Source: TPA_inf: Saccharomyces (lineage: Eukaryota). Taken from it: DNA of 64,000 bases. Location of the stretch: positions 576,001 through 640,000 of the forward strand of contig BK006949.2 of the NCBI GenBank assembly GCA_000146045.2, in the 5' to 3' direction. The notes below the pieces were generated by a model, which did not search any database, was not told the DNA's origin, and was given only the letters and a program-made list of their open reading frames with translations. Within the stretch, counting starts at the first letter, position 1. Each line of letters begins with the position of its first letter. Both the position numbers and the translations under genes were made by a program. Positions 46,632-61,378 of this stretch are shown here, one piece after another.

Positions 46632-47526
46632 ATATCAGAATGAAATAAACAAGCATTCTTGTGCTTTATAAATGGTCCAAGCGTCTAACTTTTAAAGAGT
46701 ACATTCTAAAAGTAAGAGACGAAGACAACATTATAATAATTTTCTCAAGACATATATGTTTCACCGGCACGTTTTGTTTTGTCCCCTTTTATTTTGAGCC
46801 TGAATACTATGCTTTATAAAACTTTAATGCGCTCAACAAGTGCACCTTCCAACGGAAAAAAAGAAATTCAACAGGGAGCGATGCCATCATCACATGCACG
46901 TTTTCAAGTATTTATAAGACTTGCTACTTGCTCGTCCATTCATGACTTTAATGAGGTTCTAATTTATTGGTGCAACTCTTCAAACTAGCTGCCCAATCAG
47001 TGCTGGAATGAGTGCCAAGACAAGCGACAAACCCTGTCAATCTCCTGAAAAACAAAAATTAAGTGCTTGAGAAGACCTTCAGAAGAGTTGCATAGATAGG
47101 ATGGGTGAGCGCAATTACTAGTTACGCAGTAAGTAGGTTATATGGCTGCTGGAGGGGCAGTACTGATTTAATCACAATCCGGATTAAACTTCCTCCTGAA
47201 AAAAAAAAAACTACATCAAGTCAAAAGATTTTCATTCACTCTTTGGAAGGCTGTGTGGCATTCTAACCTTTATTTTTTTATCACCATTCTCGAATTTTCG
47301 TGGTTCGCTTTCTTAGCGCCGTTATTCTCTCTTCTTGTCCACGTCAAAGGGAGTATGCGTAACCCCTTTCAAGGTTGAACGAAAAAAAAAAAAATATGTC
47401 CTTCAAAATTTTTTTTGATTTAAAACTAAAAAACATTCCCTTGAAGCTTGTTATTCCGAAAGAAAGAATCTAAAATTGCAATTGGTAGTGAAAACAAATA
47501 AACAAAGACATAACCGCACTCCAATC

Positions 47527-48202
47527 ATGTCCGAATATGCATCTAGTATTCACTCTCAAATGAAACAATTCGATACCGTATGTAAGATGGTTTTATTGGT
47601 TCCATCGTCATCATGGTTCAAACAGCCAAATGACCCGACACACGTAACCGAAGCAGTTATACTAACAAGAAAGCTAATTTTCACCCTCCTTGCTACATTT
47701 TTTTCTACAGAAGTACTCTGGTAATAGAATTTTACAGCAATTAGAAAATAAAACTAATTTGCCTAAATCTTATTTAGTTGCTGGTTTAGGTTTCGCTTAT
47801 CTCCTTTTGATTTTTATTAACGTCGGAGGTGTAGGTGAAATTCTTTCCAATTTTGCTGGGTTTGTGTTGCCAGCATATTTATCGTTGGTTGCTTTGAAGA
47901 CACCAACGTCCACCGATGACACACAACTCTTGACCTACTGGATTGTCTTTTCATTTTTGAGTGTCATTGAATTCTGGTCCAAGGCAATTCTATATTTGAT
48001 TCCATTCTACTGGTTTTTGAAAACCGTTTTCTTAATCTACATTGCCTTGCCTCAAACTGGTGGCGCTAGAATGATCTATCAAAAGATCGTAGCCCCATTG
48101 ACCGACAGATATATCCTAAGAGATGTTAGCAAGACAGAAAAGGATGAAATTAGAGCTTCCGTCAATGAGGCTTCTAAGGCTACAGGTGCTTCTGTTCATT
48201 AA
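47527..48202 (+). CDS. YOP1: YOP1 (YPR028W), reticulon-like ER membrane-shaping protein (DP1/REEP family), 180 aa, join(47527..47577,47711..48202)
   Basis: Exon 1 encodes MSEYASSIHSQMKQFDT, followed by GTATGT at 47578. Branch point TACTAAC at 47659-47665. 3' splice site CAG at 47708-47710. Exon 2 encodes KYSGNRILQQLENKTN..., reproducing the 180-aa protein. Confidence 0.9.
47578..47710 (+). other. YOP1: YOP1 intron (133 nt; GTATGT...TACTAAC...CAG)
   Basis: Canonical yeast splice signals. The two track ORFs (47476..47724 and 47690..48202) are the unspliced fragments. Confidence 0.85.
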
Positions 48203-48468
48203 GAGGCAACTCACCTATATCCTCAAATCAAACTCTCGTTTTTGTTCTCTTTGTTATCTATTCTATTGAGAGCATATAAGTACATATGTTATTAGTTGTT
48301 ATATATCGCTACTTAACATATAAAATATTTTGGAGTCGTTTATGGTGTCCCAGAAGATAGCATTTCTATTCATCGTGTTGTGTCGTGACGTGTCTCTTGA
48401 TATGCGCGACAGACCATCCAACGCAAGGTCATTAATCATGTTATGTTCTGTAATTTTAAAGGCATTTT

Positions 48469-50967
48469 TTATAGAGTTTCATCGAATTTGTGATCGAACT
48501 GTTCATTGGTGATAGATGAAGAGCCATTTAAATGAAAATCCAACTTAACTCTTAACTTCAGTTTCCCAGATCCAGAAATTTTCAATGACTGCTTGCAAAT
48601 TTGGCTGGCGTTTATTGTGGAAGATGGATATAACTGGCCTAGTGTTAGCTTTTGAGCTTTAGGAACGGCACAGAAAGTTTTTAAGTCAGATATTAAAGAC
48701 TTTGCCTGAAAATATAAATCCAAATGTGCTAATCCAGAGTTTGCAGAGAGCAAGGAAGCATATACATTCAGTGAGGAACTGTCATATATCTTGTTGGCAT
48801 CCAATGGTAAGGTGACACCTGAGTTTGCCTCCACTGCCGACGAATGATTGATTGATTCTTCCTTGTTCGCATTTTTGGGCACCTGAGCAATGTCATTCTT
48901 CTCTCCAAAAATCTCTTCTAATATGTCAATTGGTTTCACATTGTCACCAGTAGAAGCCTTGCTTTCAGCCTTGCTATCCTCACCCAATAAATCTGACAGC
49001 AGATCAACTGGTTCGTTGGAGATAAGGTTTTTCGATAGAGCTTTTCCATTATCCTGTTCCTCGGTAATTTTTTCAAATTTAGGCATTGTTTCTAAAATGA
49101 TCTTCTTCACAGAAATTGACTGATTGAAAAATATCTCGTATTGATTGCTTTTCATTTGCAGTGATAAATCAGTGGAATCCGTGTAGCTCAATATCAGTTG
49201 TCTTAGTTTTTCAATATTTTTCGCGTCATGGAACCTCACAGATAATTTTAATGCTGCTGTTAAAATGTAATTGATTATCTTCAGATTCGTTGCTGTGTAG
49301 AGTTCTTGCAAAGTTAGTAAGTAATCAGTAATAGATGACTCATTGATTATGTCTGCACCATTTTTATTGCCCTCGTTGAGTACTAAATCGCCATATTCGC
49401 CAATGCACCAAATCAAAACCAACTGCCAACCAATATTTTCCTCGGAAATCTCCGCTGATGTTCCATTTAGTGAAATTGTCAGCATTTTCCGTAAAAATTC
49501 AGATTTGTCGGATAACTGGCTCGTATTATTTATTATGATTAGAATATCATTAATTTTTTCATAGTTGATAAACGATCCCACTAATTTTAAGATATTAAAG
49601 AAAACATCTAATTTCCAGCTTTCATCTTTGACAACGCGGGTATCAAAAGTGTCAATTAAGTGATCTATAGTGTATATTATGAGATCTTTTGAATCTTCAT
49701 CCTGTTTTGCCAAAAATTTCATCAATTCGTTAACCAATTCCACTAAATTTGAATCGTCCAAGATGGCGAAGCTCAACTCTAACGCTCTCATGCGGATCGA
49801 CACATCGGTATCCTGCAGACAATGAGAAATGAATTTTCTATGCCTTTGTACTGCGGTAGGCTCTTGGGGAACAACTTTTAATAAGGTGTTTAATGAAACG
49901 TATTTAGTATTATTATCTTTTCCTGCAAGAAACTTGGCCAAGATGTTAATACCAAGGACACGTAGAGGCTGGTTCAAATCCAACGAAAAGATCGTCTTCA
50001 CGGTCTCATAAAGAATGGCCTGTCCGCTGTTTTTCGTTGAATCCGTATTCGTCGCAATACGAGTCAATAAATCGCAGAAATTATCTTTGTAGTCCAAAAC
50101 ATTGTTCGAATTTAAGAGCTCACCAACTTGAAAGTATAGTTTTAAAGTGTAAATTATTTCACACTGCAGAAATGGGTCACAAATACCTTGGACATCATAT
50201 CCAGGTTCAATATTTTTAGAATTCATATTTTCCAAACGAATGAAAAAATCACGCAAAAGTAAAGATAATGGAGACAAGATGTCATTGCTGTAATCAATAC
50301 CGTCTTCATCTTCATCCTCATCTTTTTTTCTGTTCAATCCAATTAACAAAATAGATTGTATGATTTTCGTAACGCCTAAAAGTACACCGTGAGTACATAT
50401 TGAATGACTAGACAATATCTTAGTAATGTCTTCGATGTTGAAGATTTCTAAAAGTGAAACGTCTTTGAAAATTAGTTTGGCAGCACATTGAAGCGCTTTT
50501 TTCAAGAGGAAAGGGTCTCTTGAATTTTTGATGATATTTTCGACGTCTGGGTATAAATCTCTGGCTAATTCAGGGGAGCTCAAAAAGCCTAATGAGGTTA
50601 GTGCAAGTGACACTGCATATTTGTTGGGATGATGCAAATCGTTGTTCAACATGTTCGTTAAGAGTGTCAATAAATCTTCAGATTCGTCCAACAATAAAGT
50701 TGCGGCCAGATAGCCTAATCTTTTATCGACAAAATCGTCAGAAGCAATTAAATTGATAGACTCCACCTGACCGAAATGTGTCTTTTCCCCTAGAATGTAT
50801 AGATACAGAAGTTTCTGGATATTTACTCGCCTTTTTTCATGTGGTAGATGGTCATCTCTCAATTTTGTCCTAATTTTAGCAGATTGTTTCGTTATAATTG
50901 CCCTTTCATCTGCCAGTGTTTTGGCACCACGAACGTCTTTGATAAAGCTTCTCAACGAAGAGCCCAT
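48469..50967 (-). CDS. APL4: APL4 (YPR029C), AP-1 gamma-adaptin large subunit, 832 aa
   Basis: 832-aa ORF. N-terminal adaptin trunk (HEAT/ARM repeats), C-terminal ear. ATG verified at 50967. Confidence 0.9.
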   Translation of the reverse strand: MGSSLRSFIKDVRGAKTLADERAIITKQSAKIRTKLRDDHLPHEKRRVNIQKLLYLYILGEKTHFGQVESINLIASDDFVDKRLGYLAATLLLDESEDLLTLLTNMLNNDLHHPNKYAVSLALTSLGFLSSPELARDLYPDVENIIKNSRDPFLLKKALQCAAKLIFKDVSLLEIFNIEDITKILSSHSICTHGVLLGVTKIIQSILLIGLNRKKDEDEDEDGIDYSNDILSPLSLLLRDFFIRLENMNSKNIEPGYDVQGICDPFLQCEIIYTLKLYFQVGELLNSNNVLDYKDNFCDLLTRIATNTDSTKNSGQAILYETVKTIFSLDLNQPLRVLGINILAKFLAGKDNNTKYVSLNTLLKVVPQEPTAVQRHRKFISHCLQDTDVSIRMRALELSFAILDDSNLVELVNELMKFLAKQDEDSKDLIIYTIDHLIDTFDTRVVKDESWKLDVFFNILKLVGSFINYEKINDILIIINNTSQLSDKSEFLRKMLTISLNGTSAEISEENIGWQLVLIWCIGEYGDLVLNEGNKNGADIINESSITDYLLTLQELYTATNLKIINYILTAALKLSVRFHDAKNIEKLRQLILSYTDSTDLSLQMKSNQYEIFFNQSISVKKIILETMPKFEKITEEQDNGKALSKNLISNEPVDLLSDLLGEDSKAESKASTGDNVKPIDILEEIFGEKNDIAQVPKNANKEESINHSSAVEANSGVTLPLDANKIYDSSSLNVYASLLSANSGLAHLDLYFQAKSLISDLKTFCAVPKAQKLTLGQLYPSSTINASQICKQSLKISGSGKLKLRVKLDFHLNGSSSITNEQFDHKFDETL

Positions 50968-51879
50968 TATGGTGTTCAGGTCTTTCTCGTTGCTAAATCA
51001 AGATGGTCAATATTTCTTCTCCAATATTAGCAGTATAAAATCTCGAAAAAGTATGATTTAGTTGTAATTCTCATATGGCCAAGCCCACTAAATTCAGTGA
51101 ATACAAACAGCTAAGGACGTCAAAACTCAGAGTCGGGTAATCTTCATTTGAATTTTTTTTCTCTTAAGGTAGATAACACCAAAGAAAAGCAATCAGTAGC
51201 AAAATATGGACTTTAACGCTGTCAGTTCCAATTGAGAAATATCGTAAAGAAAGTTAGTTGTTTTCACTCGCAACCTCTCTACCTTCGTGGCCTAAAATAG
51301 ATTTAAATAATCGAATAAACGGTTTGTTCTTATATGTGATACCCTCTTTCACCACCTTCCTGTAGCCCCAGTTGGTATTACTTGTCCCAACCTCATTCCT
51401 CTTTCCATTATCAATTAATCGGTTTGTGTTGTTCGTAGCAGGACCACACTTCCGGAATTATATACATTTACATGTATATAGAGAAGAAAGCTTCGGCGGC
51501 TAAAGAATAGAACCATCTATTACCCGCTCGCCCGGTCGTTTGGATGCGTGGGTGGTATAGTTTCTTTTTTTTCATTTTAAGGGATACCGCTCCCCACGTA
51601 CCCCACGACCAGCCCTAGTGGAATAAGAAATGCAAAATCCGGGGTTGGCGCAGCGATTCTGCACGGCCAAACCCTGGGCTTCTTTATTTTGTAGATCTGC
51701 CAAATGATGGCTATGCCTTACTCGGTATCACATGGAAAAGACCCCCGGCTTATTGAATCCCGTCTCCCGTTCCCTGCATAGTTGTCACGGTTTGGACTAT
51801 ATATATCGTCGTTTCTCTGTTTTATTTATTATGATGGCTCTCCAAGGGTAATCAGTCAGACTAGTAAGCAAAGTCAATC

Positions 51880-54800
51880 ATGCAATCTACTGTCCCAATA
51901 GCAATTGCGAGCAACGGCAACAAGAGAGATGTCGTCCAGAACGTTTCTGCAGGCGACGAGGGTGATATATTGCAAAGGCTAGCCCGTAACAGAGAGATGA
52001 TTTCTACCTCCCTCTCGCCACAAAAATCGTCAGGATTTAGTGGTAGAAGGAGGTCATCTAGTGTTAGGGACGCCCTTTCTTCTTTTTTTGGAACTGGTAA
52101 TAGTCCAACATCTAGTATGGACGATTATTCCAATTTGATGAACCGTAACTATTCTACCGCATCAACTGCCATGTGTAGGGGGAACAGTTTTCCTTCAGAT
52201 GTTGGCACTAAGGCTTACAATATTACGGGATCTTACCAACCGGATAGGCACAGGAATTCTGTTCCGTATACCACCATAGACCAGTTACACACAAGGCAAG
52301 ACACCGGGTTGAGGAGAGAGTCAGATCCAGTCGCGGCAAAACAAATATCTAGTAATAATGATATTGTTAGGTCATTCATAACACATCATGCTAGTAATAG
52401 CACTATGTTTATTAATAGGGTGCTATCGGACTATTTAGCGGATCGTGGTTTCATCAAGCAAACACCGTTATATAATAAGAAAAGTGTGCTGGAAATTTCC
52501 ATTGCAACAAGTGCAGAATCAGTTTTCTTGCCAACTACAAAAAGTGATGAAACAGAGTATCTATCACTGATTCATGGTTCTTTAAATCAGGCGCGAACAC
52601 AGCCTGTCGGGTCCACTAACACTGCAGAAAGTGATTTCCTCCCTTCATGTCCTACGATGGACACTTTGAATGAAAACAATGATTTATCACTATTTCCGTT
52701 ACATACACAGCGAACCAGCCCCTCTAATACAGCAAGGACAGGTAATGCTATGGATACAAGCAATTCTGATCGTGCTTCTCCGGCCTCGAACAATAACACA
52801 ACAGATGCGGATTCCTTTGTTGCGAGTGGCAATAACAACCCTATGAATAATAACAATTCTCCCGCGAGAAACAGACATCCTAATTCTCACTCGCGTTCTC
52901 TTCCTAATGCTTGGAATAGCCAAATGCCTTCATTCAGCTTTGCATTGATATTTTCCCTGAATAAATCAACTACCCTTTCTGATATTAAAGTAGAACTCAC
53001 TTCTAACGTGAGAGTGGTGTGGTTCAATGGTCTTCCCCCTACCAAGAATGTTAACGAGGAATGCTATAATATAGGTTCTTTGGACTGGACCTTAAATGCA
53101 GACAACTTTAATCTTTTCATTCCGCAAGGCGCAAAGTCTCCTCTTGATATCGTTGAAAATCATTCCAATAACAGGAAATTGAAAGTGCTCCAGAAATTAT
53201 CGATGAGGAAACGCCGTTCTTTCTCGAATAAAGCAGTTCTTAGGGAAAATATATTAAACAATTTAAATGCCTCGAATTCTACGAACAAGTTAAATGCTGG
53301 TGTTTATGTCTTTACTATCCCCATAGTGCTTGCCAGTCGTATTCCTGAATCGCTTTACTACCCATCAGCGAGGGTATCCTACAGCTTAAGATTAGCGACA
53401 AAATTGAAGGATGAACATACACAGTTGGTTGCATCACGGCCACGTTCTTCTTCTATCTCTTCTCCTCAAAAACTGCGTTCATATTCCTGTTCTGATTCTT
53501 ATGAATATTCTCAAATTGATGACACCATAGAAGGAGAAACCTACAATAACGACAAAAATTCTACTGGAAAAATCGCATTTCCCTCCTCATGGTTAAAAAG
53601 TGCGAAGGGGCGCTTAAAAAGGAATAATTCTAACGGAAGGTCAGATAATAATGGCGCATCTTCTAGTGGTTTAGCGATGCAACATGATTCTGAAGACACT
53701 ATAAATTTACAGTACCCGCTTAATTTGGTGAGAACTCCGCCAGAAATCTCTGTCACTACAGCAAATAAGCCACTTTACATTAACAAGGTTTGGGAGAATT
53801 GTCTTTCTTATGAAATTTCATTCGCCCAAAAGTATGTGCCCTTGAATGGTGAAATTCCAATCACAATTAAAGTGGCACCTCTAGTAAAAAGTCTTAGTGT
53901 CAAGAGAATTCGTGTTAGTTGTAGAGAAAAAATCTCCTACAGGAGTAAAGACTATCAATATGATTTTGACCAGTTGGATCCATTGGCTTCAGATCCTTGC
54001 AATCCCTATCATATGAGATATTTAGTGAGAAAAAAGAAGGACAGAAGCTTGCCTCTATTTGAGGTGGCCTCTAAATGTACTAGTGGGCCTTCTATTAGAG
54101 AGGAAGTTGTCACCAATACAGTTGATGATAACTTATTAGCCTACACTTCATCAAAAGAAAACAACAAAGATATCCCATTTTCTGAGTCCTTTACTGTTAA
54201 AACGAAGTTAAAATTTCCAAAATATTGTGAAGTGGACGCTACCAAAGCTGCAAGTCTACCACCATATGGTATCGATCTTTTCGACCCAATAAAAGATCCA
54301 ACTCAGAGTGAGAACACCTCTAATAACGGCAATGTATTGGGCTTTCTAGTGGGTCGCCCTAACAGGGCTTCCAAGACAGTTCATAAAATACCGCAAGACA
54401 AGAATCATAATGAGGTCAATGATACAAATGGAAACTCGAATACATCTTTGCAAACTAGCTCGAATGTTCCCATTCAGCACTACACACGGTTGAATAAACC
54501 AAGACGCGGTTTATATTTGGACAGTATGCATTTTAAGAATATCCAATGTTCTCATAAATTAGAAATCGTCTTGAGGGTTAGCAAAACTGATAGTGGTAGC
54601 TCAAAAATCATAAGGCATTATGAAGTAATTGTTGATACACCAATTTATTTGATTTCTGACCTTTGTAACACTTCAAATATAGACTTACCGACTTATGACA
54701 TGGCCACCACTGAATCTTCTAAAGTCCTGCCACCAACTTTTGAAGAGGCAACATCAGTTTCAGCATCACCAAGATCTTCTGTATCTTATTATCCCGATGA

Positions 54801-55245
54801 CATTTCCATGCAACAGTTGAATTTGTCTAGGTCGACTTCCCTCGCAAATGGTTACCTGTCAACCTTACATCCAAAAACAACCGCTGTTTCGGACTCGTCT
54901 AACGGTGCCCCAATCCGGGACCAGCAAGAGCAACAAGCACGCCCCTTGAGGACTGAAGATTATGCGCTACAAATGGGGAATGAAAATAACGCCTATAGCA
55001 ATATGGACGGTTTGCTTTCGCAGGATATCTTTGAACAGGAGACCGCGGCCACGCTATTTAAAAGAGACATTGTCACAATGAACTTTAACAATAATATATT
55101 CACACCACGGTATAGTCCGCGCACTTTTACCAATACCGACTACAATTATAATGATAATGATAATAATGATAATGATACAGAGGGGCCTGGTCCAATAATT
55201 CATCCGGGTCCTGAACCACCAAGATATGACGAGATTTCATCATAA
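51880..55245 (+). CDS. CSR2: CSR2/ART8 (YPR030W), arrestin-related trafficking adaptor, 1121 aa
   Basis: 1121-aa ORF with an arrestin fold in the middle. PY motifs LPPY (54256-54267) and C-terminal PPRY (55216-55227) for Rsp5 WW-domain binding. Confidence 0.9.
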   Translation: MQSTVPIAIASNGNKRDVVQNVSAGDEGDILQRLARNREMISTSLSPQKSSGFSGRRRSSSVRDALSSFFGTGNSPTSSMDDYSNLMNRNYSTASTAMCRGNSFPSDVGTKAYNITGSYQPDRHRNSVPYTTIDQLHTRQDTGLRRESDPVAAKQISSNNDIVRSFITHHASNSTMFINRVLSDYLADRGFIKQTPLYNKKSVLEISIATSAESVFLPTTKSDETEYLSLIHGSLNQARTQPVGSTNTAESDFLPSCPTMDTLNENNDLSLFPLHTQRTSPSNTARTGNAMDTSNSDRASPASNNNTTDADSFVASGNNNPMNNNNSPARNRHPNSHSRSLPNAWNSQMPSFSFALIFSLNKSTTLSDIKVELTSNVRVVWFNGLPPTKNVNEECYNIGSLDWTLNADNFNLFIPQGAKSPLDIVENHSNNRKLKVLQKLSMRKRRSFSNKAVLRENILNNLNASNSTNKLNAGVYVFTIPIVLASRIPESLYYPSARVSYSLRLATKLKDEHTQLVASRPRSSSISSPQKLRSYSCSDSYEYSQIDDTIEGETYNNDKNSTGKIAFPSSWLKSAKGRLKRNNSNGRSDNNGASSSGLAMQHDSEDTINLQYPLNLVRTPPEISVTTANKPLYINKVWENCLSYEISFAQKYVPLNGEIPITIKVAPLVKSLSVKRIRVSCREKISYRSKDYQYDFDQLDPLASDPCNPYHMRYLVRKKKDRSLPLFEVASKCTSGPSIREEVVTNTVDDNLLAYTSSKENNKDIPFSESFTVKTKLKFPKYCEVDATKAASLPPYGIDLFDPIKDPTQSENTSNNGNVLGFLVGRPNRASKTVHKIPQDKNHNEVNDTNGNSNTSLQTSSNVPIQHYTRLNKPRRGLYLDSMHFKNIQCSHKLEIVLRVSKTDSGSSKIIRHYEVIVDTPIYLISDLCNTSNIDLPTYDMATTESSKVLPPTFEEATSVSASPRSSVSYYPDDISMQQLNLSRSTSLANGYLSTLHPKTTAVSDSSNGAPIRDQQEQQARPLRTEDYALQMGNENNAYSNMDGLLSQDIFEQETAATLFKRDIVTMNFNNNIFTPRYSPRTFTNTDYNYNDNDNNDNDTEGPGPIIHPGPEPPRYDEISS

Positions 55246-55514
55246 ATATTAATATCTTCACTTTTTTTATAAACCTCACACACACATATATATATACATT
55301 TGTACAAATATGTACCTGTCCGAACTAACTTTTTTTTTCGTGTAATATACGTAGAATATATGTCTTTCGGCTCATCGCAAATTGTAGCACCGAAAAAAAT
55401 GGAAGACGATAATAATAAACAAGTTTGAAAGTTTGAAAGCCGTGCAGTTTTTCAACGTATTAGGTTTTTTTATTCAAATAACTTTGACAAGGGCGTTGTA
55501 CGACTTAGCACCTA

Positions 55515-57761
55515 ATGAATAGGGGATCATTAGATGATGGGCCTAAACTACGTGAAGAAAAGCACTTCCAAGATTTTTATCCTGATCTTAATGCCGATAC
55601 TTTACTGCCGTTCATCGTTCCCTTAGTGGAAACAAAGGATAACAGCACCGATACTGACTCAGATGATATTTCAAATCGGAATAACAGAGAGATCGGGAGT
55701 GTCAAAAGCGTACAAACTAAAGAATTGATTTTCAAGGGGAGAGTCACCACTGAACCACTAGTACTGAAGAAGAACGAAGTGGAATTTCAAAAATGTAAAA
55801 TAACTACGAATGAGTTAAAAGGTAAGAAAAATCCATACTGCGTTAGATTTAATGAGAGCTTTATATCCAGGTACTATCATATAAACAAAGTAAGAAATAG
55901 GAAGAGTTATAAACAACAACAAAAAGAATTCGATGGTGTGGAGGCACCCTACTTCACCAAATTCTCTAGTAAAGAAGCCCCGAATATTACTATTTCGACG
56001 AGTACAAAGAGTGCAATTCAGAAATTCGCTAGTATTTCACCCAATCTTGTTAATTTCAAGCCTCAGTATGACATGGATGAACAGGATGAATTATATTTGC
56101 ACTACCTTAATAAGAGGTATTTTAAAGATCAAATGTCTCACGAAATATTTGAAATTTTAATGACTACACTAGAAACTGAATGGTTCCATATTGAAAAACA
56201 TATACCCTCAACGAATAGTCTGATTGCTAGGCATAATATTCTAAGGGACTGTAAGAATTATGAGCTATATGGTTCTGATGATGGAACAGGTTTATCGATG
56301 GACCAGGCGTGTGCAGTTTGTTTAGGCACAGACAGTGACAATCTGAATACAATTGTCTTTTGTGATGGATGCGATATTGCTGTGCATCAAGAATGTTACG
56401 GTATAATTTTTATCCCGGAAGGAAAATGGTTATGTAGACGATGTATGATCTCAAAAAATAACTTTGCCACTTGTCTAATGTGTCCAAGTCATACAGGTGC
56501 ATTCAAACAAACAGACACCGGTTCTTGGGTACATAACATTTGTGCTCTATGGCTTCCAGAGCTATACTTTTCAAACTTACATTATATGGAACCTATAGAA
56601 GGCGTTCAAAATGTTAGCGTATCACGATGGAAACTTAACTGCTACATCTGTAAAAAGAAGATGGGTGCTTGCATTCAGTGCTTTCAAAGAAACTGTTTTA
56701 CAGCATATCATGTCACGTGTGCCCGTCGAGCTGGTCTCTACATGAGTAAAGGGAAATGCACTATTCAAGAATTGGCCTCTAATCAATTCTCCCAAAAGTA
56801 TTCAGTCGAAAGTTTCTGCCACAAGCATGCACCTAGAGGATGGCAAACGAGTATAGAAGGTATTAATAAAGCTAGAAAATACTTCTCTCTACTCTCTACA
56901 TTACAAACCGAAACTCCTCAGCATAATGAAGCTAATGATAGGACAAATTCAAAATTCAACAAAACAATTTGGAAAACACCTAATCAAACGCCGGTAGCAC
57001 CACATGTTTTTGCTGAAATATTGCAAAAGGTCGTTGATTTTTTTGGCTTAGCTAACCCACCAGCAGGCGCATTTGATATTTGCAAATATTGGTCAATGAA
57101 AAGGGAGCTTACAGGAGGTACCCCATTAACTGCCTGTTTTGAAAATAATTCATTGGGGTCCTTAACCGAGGAACAAGTGCAAACAAGAATAGATTTTGCC
57201 AATGATCAGCTCGAAGACTTGTACCGGCTCAAAGAGCTGACTACTTTGGTGAAAAAGAGAACACAAGCTTCAAACAGCTTGTCCAGATCCCGAAAGAAGG
57301 TTTTTGATATAGTTAAATCGCCCCAAAAATATCTTTTAAAAATCAATGTACTGGATATCTTTATAAAATCTGAACAATTCAAGGCTCTTGAAAGATTGGT
57401 TACTGAACCTAAATTATTGGTTATTTTAGAAAAGTGTAAACATTGTGATTTTGATACTGTCCAAATTTTTAAGGAGGAAATTATGCATTTTTTTGAGGTT
57501 TTGGAAACTCTACCCGGTGCATCAAGAATACTCCAAACTGTCTCATCAAAGGCAAAAGAGCAAGTAACAAATTTAATTGGGCTCATAGAACATGTAGATA
57601 TTAAGAAGTTGCTATCCAGAGATTTTATAATAAATGATGACAAGATAGAAGAAAGACCATGGAGTGGCCCGGTGATTATGGAAGAAGAAGGTTTAAGCGA
57701 TGCAGAAGAACTGAGTGCAGGGGAACACCGTATGCTGAAGCTAATCCTTAACAGCGGATAA
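55515..57761 (+). CDS. NTO1: NTO1 (YPR031W), PHD-finger subunit of the NuA3 histone acetyltransferase complex, 748 aa
   Basis: PHD ([31 protein letters not shown]...CRRC) plus an extended PHD ([15 protein letters not shown]...HNICALW...[14 protein letters not shown]), a BRPF-like architecture. Confidence 0.9.
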
Positions 57762-58110
57762 AATAAAGGTTTTAATATTGCATTATGTATAATGAGTATG
57801 TATTTTTATGCTATTCTTGTAAAAGTTTGGCTTATTATTTACTTTCATGGAACACTTAGTAAAAATAACTTAGAAAGGTCGTCTTTTCTTTATTCTTTAG
57901 CATTTCAATACCGAACTAAATATCCGTTTTTATAGTTTAGTTGGTTTTGTTTAATTTCTAGAATCCTGTTCGGCGCTTTTGTTAAAAGTAAAAAATGAAA
58001 ATTCAAACGAAATGAACCTAATCACGTTAGAATTTAAATCTTGGAATATGTTAAATATAAAACAAGAAGAGCAAGCAATACTATTTCTGACTAATTCTCT
58101 ATACACATAA

Positions 58111-61224
<3,114 letters not shown>

Positions 61225-61378
61225 ATACATACACTAATTCATACAGGGTAATGAGCAACTTCCTTCTATACTTATTTTTTTTTAGTTCTATATGCTTTAT
61301 AAATTAATTTGAATCGATTTATTTTTCATTATACATGTCTAGTTTTACGAAGGTTTGTAAATACATGAGCTATCAAGT

